NCBI GenBank assembly: GCA_963736855.1 | Contig: CAVTQK010000015.1 | Span: 64,001 to 128,000, forward strand | Origin: an uncultured delta proteobacterium | GTDB lineage: Bacteria > Desulfobacterota > Desulfobacteria > Desulfobacterales > UBA2156 | Direction of reading: 5' to 3' | DNA: 64,000 nt | Shown here: piece by piece, positions 59,281-64,000 of the stretch | Layout: each line of letters starts with the position of its first letter | Numbering within the stretch: the stretch's first letter is position 1 | Notes under the pieces: model-generated | The model's input: the letters and a program-made list of their open reading frames with translations, nothing else | What the model was told of the DNA's origin: nothing | The model's database searches: none | Program-made: the position numbers and the translations under genes

Positions 59281-59335
59281 CGAAAAAATCATCTTCATTT
59301 TCAATTTATGGAAGAACCGATAAAGGAAAAACCTG

Positions 59336-60418
59336 ATGGCAAAGATCGATGCATTTTTCAAGCTGATGCATGAACAAGGGGCTTCGGACTTGCACCTGGT
59401 GGCGGGTCAACAACCCGTGATCCGGATTCGGGGAGACATGGAGCGGGTGAAATTCAAGGTGCTTGACTCCGACGATCTCAGGGGGATGCTGTATGAAATC
59501 ACTCCTGAAGAAAAGATCAAGGCTTTTGAGGAAAGCGGGGATGTGGATTTTGCCTACGAGATTCCAGGCCTGGCACGGTACCGTGCGAATTTTTTCATGC
59601 AAAAAAACGGGGTTGCTGCCGTGTTCCGGGAGATCCCCAGCATCATCATGACTCCTGAACAACTCGGACTTCCACCGGTCATCTCGAAACTGGCCATGTT
59701 GCCAAGGGGCTTAGTATTGGTGACCGGACCTACCGGGAGTGGTAAATCGACGACTCTCGCCGCCATCATCGACAAGGCAAACCAGCAGCGCAAGGATCAC
59801 ATCATCACCGTTGAAGATCCGATCGAGTTCGTGCATACAAGCCAGAGCTGTATTGTGAATCATCGGGAGGTGGGGACCCATACCCGGTCCTTCAGCGCGG
59901 CTTTAAGAGGGGCACTTCGGGAAGACCCGGACATCATCATGGTGGGTGAAATGCGGGACCTGGAGACTATCACGTTGTCCCTGGAAGCCGCCGCCACCGG
60001 ACACCTGGTCTTTTCTACCGTGCACACCACCAGTGCGGCCAAGACCGTCGATCGGATCATCGAGGTGTTCCCGTCGCATCAACAACCCCAGATTCGTTCT
60101 ACCCTGGCCGACGGTGTCAGGGCTATCATCGCCCAGGTTCTGTTCAAGCGGATCGATATCAAGGGACGTTGCATAGCATTGGAAATCTGTATCGCCACAC
60201 CGGCGGTTCGGAATCTGATCCGGGAATCCAAGACCTACCAGATTCCCTCATCCATGCAAACCGGTAAAAAGTATGGGATGCAGCTTCTGGATGACGCCAT
60301 CATGGATTTGTACAACAAAGGATGGGTCAGCGCGGACGAAGCCTATCTGAAGGCCAATGAAAAGGCGCGATTCAGGCCTCTGATCAAGGGGCCGCCGACT
60401 GATTTCACCGAGGTTTAG
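59336..60418 (+). CDS. pilT: Type IV pilus retraction ATPase
   Basis: GASDLHL, GPTGSGKST, LREDPD, AVRNLIRE, GMQ. Confidence 0.95.
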   Translation: MAKIDAFFKLMHEQGASDLHLVAGQQPVIRIRGDMERVKFKVLDSDDLRGMLYEITPEEKIKAFEESGDVDFAYEIPGLARYRANFFMQKNGVAAVFREIPSIIMTPEQLGLPPVISKLAMLPRGLVLVTGPTGSGKSTTLAAIIDKANQQRKDHIITVEDPIEFVHTSQSCIVNHREVGTHTRSFSAALRGALREDPDIIMVGEMRDLETITLSLEAAATGHLVFSTVHTTSAAKTVDRIIEVFPSHQQPQIRSTLADGVRAIIAQVLFKRIDIKGRCIALEICIATPAVRNLIRESKTYQIPSSMQTGKKYGMQLLDDAIMDLYNKGWVSADEAYLKANEKARFRPLIKGPPTDFTEV

Positions 60419-60444
60419 CGGCTGGGAAAAAAAGGAGATCCGGG

Positions 60445-61611
60445 ATGAGAAGGCAGGAAGTCGACTATATCTTTTCCCAAATGCTCGAATCGCACGAGGG
60501 AGTATCGGACCTTAATTTCACGGTTGGAAAACCGCTTCAGGTGGAAGCCTACGGAGAGCTTATGCCGGTGGACATGGAACCGAAGATCAAAAAGCTCACC
60601 CCTTATCAGACCGAGGTCCTGGCACTGAGCCTGATCAACGCCAACCGCCGTCTCACCGAGCACCTGCTGACCATGGGGTCCTGCGACCTCTCCTATTTTT
60701 TAGGCGCCAAAGCCCGATTCCGGGTCAACATCTTTTCCCAGTCTGGCAACTACTCCATTGTCATGAGAAAACTGGAATCCAAAGTCCCCACCATCAACGA
60801 GCTGGACCTGCCGAAGGTCTTTAGCGATATTGCCATGGAAAGAAACGGTATCGTGATGTTCACGGGCGCCACCGGAACCGGGAAAACGACCTCTTTGGCG
60901 GCCATTCTGGAGGATATCAACGAGAAAAAATCGGTCCATGTGATTACCCTGGAAGACCCCATAGAGTATCAGCACTCCCACAAGCGGGCGACCTTCAACC
61001 AACGGGAACTCGGTGCGGATTTCGACACATTCGCCCGCGGGCTGCGGGCCGCCCTTCGTCAGGCCCCCAAGGTGATTTTAGTGGGTGAAATGCGGGACCG
61101 GGAAAGCGTGGAGATCGGCTTAAATGCGGCGGAAACCGGACACCTGGTCCTCACCACTATCCACACCGTGGATGCCGGACAGACCATAAGCCGGGTACTT
61201 GGGATGTTCGACACGGAAGAGGAAAAGCAGGTCCGGATACGTCTGGCCGATACATTGCGCTGGGTCGTGTGCCAGCGGCTTCTTCCTAAAGTGGGCGGGG
61301 GGCGGGTGGCCGCCTTCGAAATCCTCAGGACCAGCCTCAGGGTCAAGGATTCCATCTTACATGGGGAGTCCGAGGGAAAGACTTTCTACGACATCATGCA
61401 GGCCGGCAGGACTTTCGGAATGACCACCTTCGATGACTACATCGTGGGACTTTACGAGGCCGGACTTATCACCGAGGAGACGGCCATGGGCTATGCATCG
61501 CGAAAGGCCCTGGTGGGCCGGGGGATCGACACGGTAAAAAGCGCCCGGGGCGAGGCCACCACCGATATCGACAAGCTCGAGATGGACAAAGCCTATAACA
61601 AGTCCCGATAG
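60445..61611 (+). CDS. PilT/PilU family ATPase paralog
   Basis: GATGTGKT, EDPIE, LRQAPKVILVGEMRD, ETGHLV. Confidence 0.9.
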   Translation: MRRQEVDYIFSQMLESHEGVSDLNFTVGKPLQVEAYGELMPVDMEPKIKKLTPYQTEVLALSLINANRRLTEHLLTMGSCDLSYFLGAKARFRVNIFSQSGNYSIVMRKLESKVPTINELDLPKVFSDIAMERNGIVMFTGATGTGKTTSLAAILEDINEKKSVHVITLEDPIEYQHSHKRATFNQRELGADFDTFARGLRAALRQAPKVILVGEMRDRESVEIGLNAAETGHLVLTTIHTVDAGQTISRVLGMFDTEEEKQVRIRLADTLRWVVCQRLLPKVGGGRVAAFEILRTSLRVKDSILHGESEGKTFYDIMQAGRTFGMTTFDDYIVGLYEAGLITEETAMGYASRKALVGRGIDTVKSARGEATTDIDKLEMDKAYNKSR

Positions 61612-61648
61612 GAAAGATCTTCCAATCGACAGGAGAGACAGGACCGCC

Positions 61649-62293
61649 ATGAATATCAGCTGCCCGGAGTGCAAGAGCCGTTTCCGGATTCCCGACGAAA
61701 AAGCCTCCAAACTCGAAGGAGTGACCCTGACGTGCCCTAAATGCGGCGGCAGGGTATCCGTCGATACCGTTAAAAAAAATAAAAAAGCACCTGTTGTTCC
61801 GGACCCGAACGAGGCTAATAGTTACGACGCATCCAAAAAGCCTTTTGATTTCCTCGAACCCGGAAGCCGGACCGCCATCGTTTGCGTTGCGGATACTTCG
61901 GTGAAACAGTCCGTCCTGAAGGGCATCACTGAAATGGGATACCATGTGACGGAAGCCCGGGACTCCCGGGAGGCTTTGAGGAACATGTGGTACCATACCT
62001 ATCATCTGGTGCTGCTGGATGAATTGTTCGATACCCAGAATCCGGACCACAACCGGGTGTTGATCTATCTGGAAGGATTGAACATGGCCATGCGCCGGGA
62101 AATGATGGTGGTCCTGCTCAGCCGGAGCCTTCGAACCATGGATGAAATGGGCGCATTTCAGAAAAGCGTCAACCTGATCATCAACATCAAGAATCTTATG
62201 GAGCTTTCACGGATACTTCAAATGGCCATTCGGGAGTACCAGACGTTTTATCAGGTGTACAAGGACCTGGAGAAAAAGGAGACCGCTTTATAG
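61649..62293 (+). CDS. Zinc-ribbon (MJ0042-type) protein with degenerate receiver-like domain
   Basis: CPEC...CPKC at the N-terminus; YHV..A...EAL...YHLVLLD. Confidence 0.78.
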   Translation: MNISCPECKSRFRIPDEKASKLEGVTLTCPKCGGRVSVDTVKKNKKAPVVPDPNEANSYDASKKPFDFLEPGSRTAIVCVADTSVKQSVLKGITEMGYHVTEARDSREALRNMWYHTYHLVLLDELFDTQNPDHNRVLIYLEGLNMAMRREMMVVLLSRSLRTMDEMGAFQKSVNLIINIKNLMELSRILQMAIREYQTFYQVYKDLEKKETAL

Positions 62294-62370
62294 CCGAGAG
62301 AACTTCCCATAAAAAATTCACTTCCATCCGATGCGGTACAGAGGCTGAGATCAATCGGATTTCGCAGGGA

Positions 62371-63253
62371 TTGTATCACATCGCCCTTCCTGCCCCTCTC
62401 GAGGGGTTCGACCATTTCATCAACGTTTGGCTGTGCCGGCGCGAAGGCGCCTTCCTGGTGGATGTGGGCCCGTCATCCACGGCCGCTTCACTGATTGAGG
62501 CCATGGAGCGTCTGGATGTGGACTCTCTGGATTGGATCTTGTTGACGCATATCCACATTGATCATGCAGGCAGTATCGGTCGGGTGGTCCGTCGGTTTCC
62601 CGAAAGCCGGGTGGTCTGTCACGCTTCGGCCATTCCGCATCTTGTGGCGCCGTCCTGCCTCTGGGAAGGAACCCTCAAGACACTGGGAGCGCTCGCCAGG
62701 GCCTATGGCCCTGTAGAAGAGGTCTCGGAGGAGCGGCTGGTGGACGTCAATCGTTTTGTGCACCCGTTTGTGAACGCCGTCCTGACCCCGGGGCATGCCG
62801 CCCACCACGTAAGTTATCTTATGGGAAAAACGCTTTTTATCGGCGAGGCCGGTGGGGTAATCCTGCCTGTCGGTCCGGACCCTCCGTACATGCGGCCGGC
62901 CACTCCACCGAAGCTGTTCCTTGACACCTTCATTGAAAGTCTCGATCGGCTGATTGCCTTCAAACCTGAAAGGCTCTGCTGCGGCCACTTCGGTGCGTAT
63001 TCGGATGCTGTCCGTCTGATGAAGGCCCATAAAAAGCAGTTGTTGCTTTGGGCGAGGTGCGTCCAGGAAACCCTGGACCAAGACGCATTGGAGGATCCCG
63101 TGGAGAACTGCCTTGACTTGCTCCTGCAAACAGATCCCTGGATCTCGTGGATTATCCCAAATGGATATAGCGGCTCAAAACCGGGAGCGCTTTTTTATGA
63201 AAAACAGCATCCGGGGATTCATCGGCGATCTTGAACGGCAAAAAGCCCTGTGA
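62371..63253 (+). pseudogene. MBL-fold metallo-hydrolase, probably frameshifted near 63148
   Basis: THIHIDHAG, TPGHAAHH, CGHFG. A plausible helical C-terminus continues in the +1 frame to TGA 63251-63253. Confidence 0.6.
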
Positions 63254-63383
63254 AACGATTTCGCCCGGATCATCTGGTCGTCGCCCTGGAAATTGCGATT
63301 GCGGCCCTATGCTTTTTCGCCTATCGGTTTTTCCGACCCCTTTGAGTCGATTAGATCGCACCGAGTTGCCAGACTGACTCCAT

Positions 63384-64000
63384 TCAGGGTTGACCCGGGC
63401 TTTCCTGAGCCTCCCGGATCTCTTCGGCGATGCGCAGGGCGGCGCGTTTCGGATCTTTTGCGTCCCGGATGGGACGCCCGATCACGAGGTAATCGGCACC
63501 CTCCCGGATTGCCCTGGTCGGAGTAACGATGCGCACTTGATCGTCTTTGGGAAGGGTCTCCCACAATGGGCGGATGCCGGGCGTAACGACAACGAAGCTT
63601 TTGCCCAGAGTCTTTTTAATACGCCGGACTTCTAAGCCGGAACAGACCACCCCTACGCATCCCGCTGTTTTGGCCATGGTGGCGCGTTTCAAAACCAGTC
63701 GGCTGGTATCTTCGCAATAAATGGATCCGTATCCGGCCTCCTGGAGATCTTCTCCGGAGATGCTGGTCAGGAGGGTGACACCCAAGAGTCCTACCTTTCC
63801 CCGGCTTGCCGCCACAGCCGATTCGAGCATAGCCATGGAGTCGCCGCAATGAATGGTGGCAAACGCCACGCCAAAGTCGGAAAGGGCGCGGGCGGCGCGG
63901 GCGGCTGTCTCGGGGATGTCGTGAATCTTGAGATCCAGAAAGACCCGGGCCGGGCCGACGGTGGAAACCGAACGAACGATGGCCGGACCGCAACGGAAAA
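63384..64000 (-). CDS. pyrF: Orotidine-5'-phosphate decarboxylase (5' end outside the window)
   Basis: FLDLKIHDIP.T, GVTLLTS, VTPGIR, DQVR, VIGRPI. Confidence 0.95.
   Translation of the reverse strand, partial: FRCGPAIVRSVSTVGPARVFLDLKIHDIPETAARAARALSDFGVAFATIHCGDSMAMLESAVAASRGKVGLLGVTLLTSISGEDLQEAGYGSIYCEDTSRLVLKRATMAKTAGCVGVVCSGLEVRRIKKTLGKSFVVVTPGIRPLWETLPKDDQVRIVTPTRAIREGADYLVIGRPIRDAKDPKRAALRIAEEIREAQESPGQP

Overview
A 64-kb chromosomal segment from a sulfate-reducing deltaproteobacterium (Desulfobacterales-like; taxonomy inferred from gene content). The centre is a ~20-kb co-oriented block. It holds the complete Hmc (hmcABCDEF) and Tmc (tmcDCBA) transmembrane electron-transfer complexes, interleaved with an Rrf2 regulator, a tandem USP, two single-domain response regulators, an HTH/Cys-rich/PAS regulator and three histidine kinases. 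Housekeeping genes include priA, putA, selD-yedF, pgi, a YchF-like ATPase, csp, nrdDG, ccdA, proC, yggT-divIVA, two pilT-family genes and pyrF. Reading beyond the ORF track shows three genes with an in-frame TGA at a Cys-type position, each followed by a SECIS-like hairpin. They are selD, a CxxU CMD/AhpD protein absent from the track, and an exported DUF1573-like protein with a U-G-C motif that heads an operon with a HAD hydrolase and a radical SAM enzyme. Other hidden elements are five copies of a MITE-like family sharing terminal inverted repeats around three different cores, decayed IS4 and IS91 elements, tandem Rrf2-type operators, tandem NrdR boxes and a terminator in the csp leader. No rRNA, tRNA or CRISPR array was recognised. 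All family assignments come from motif recognition by eye, not from database searches.
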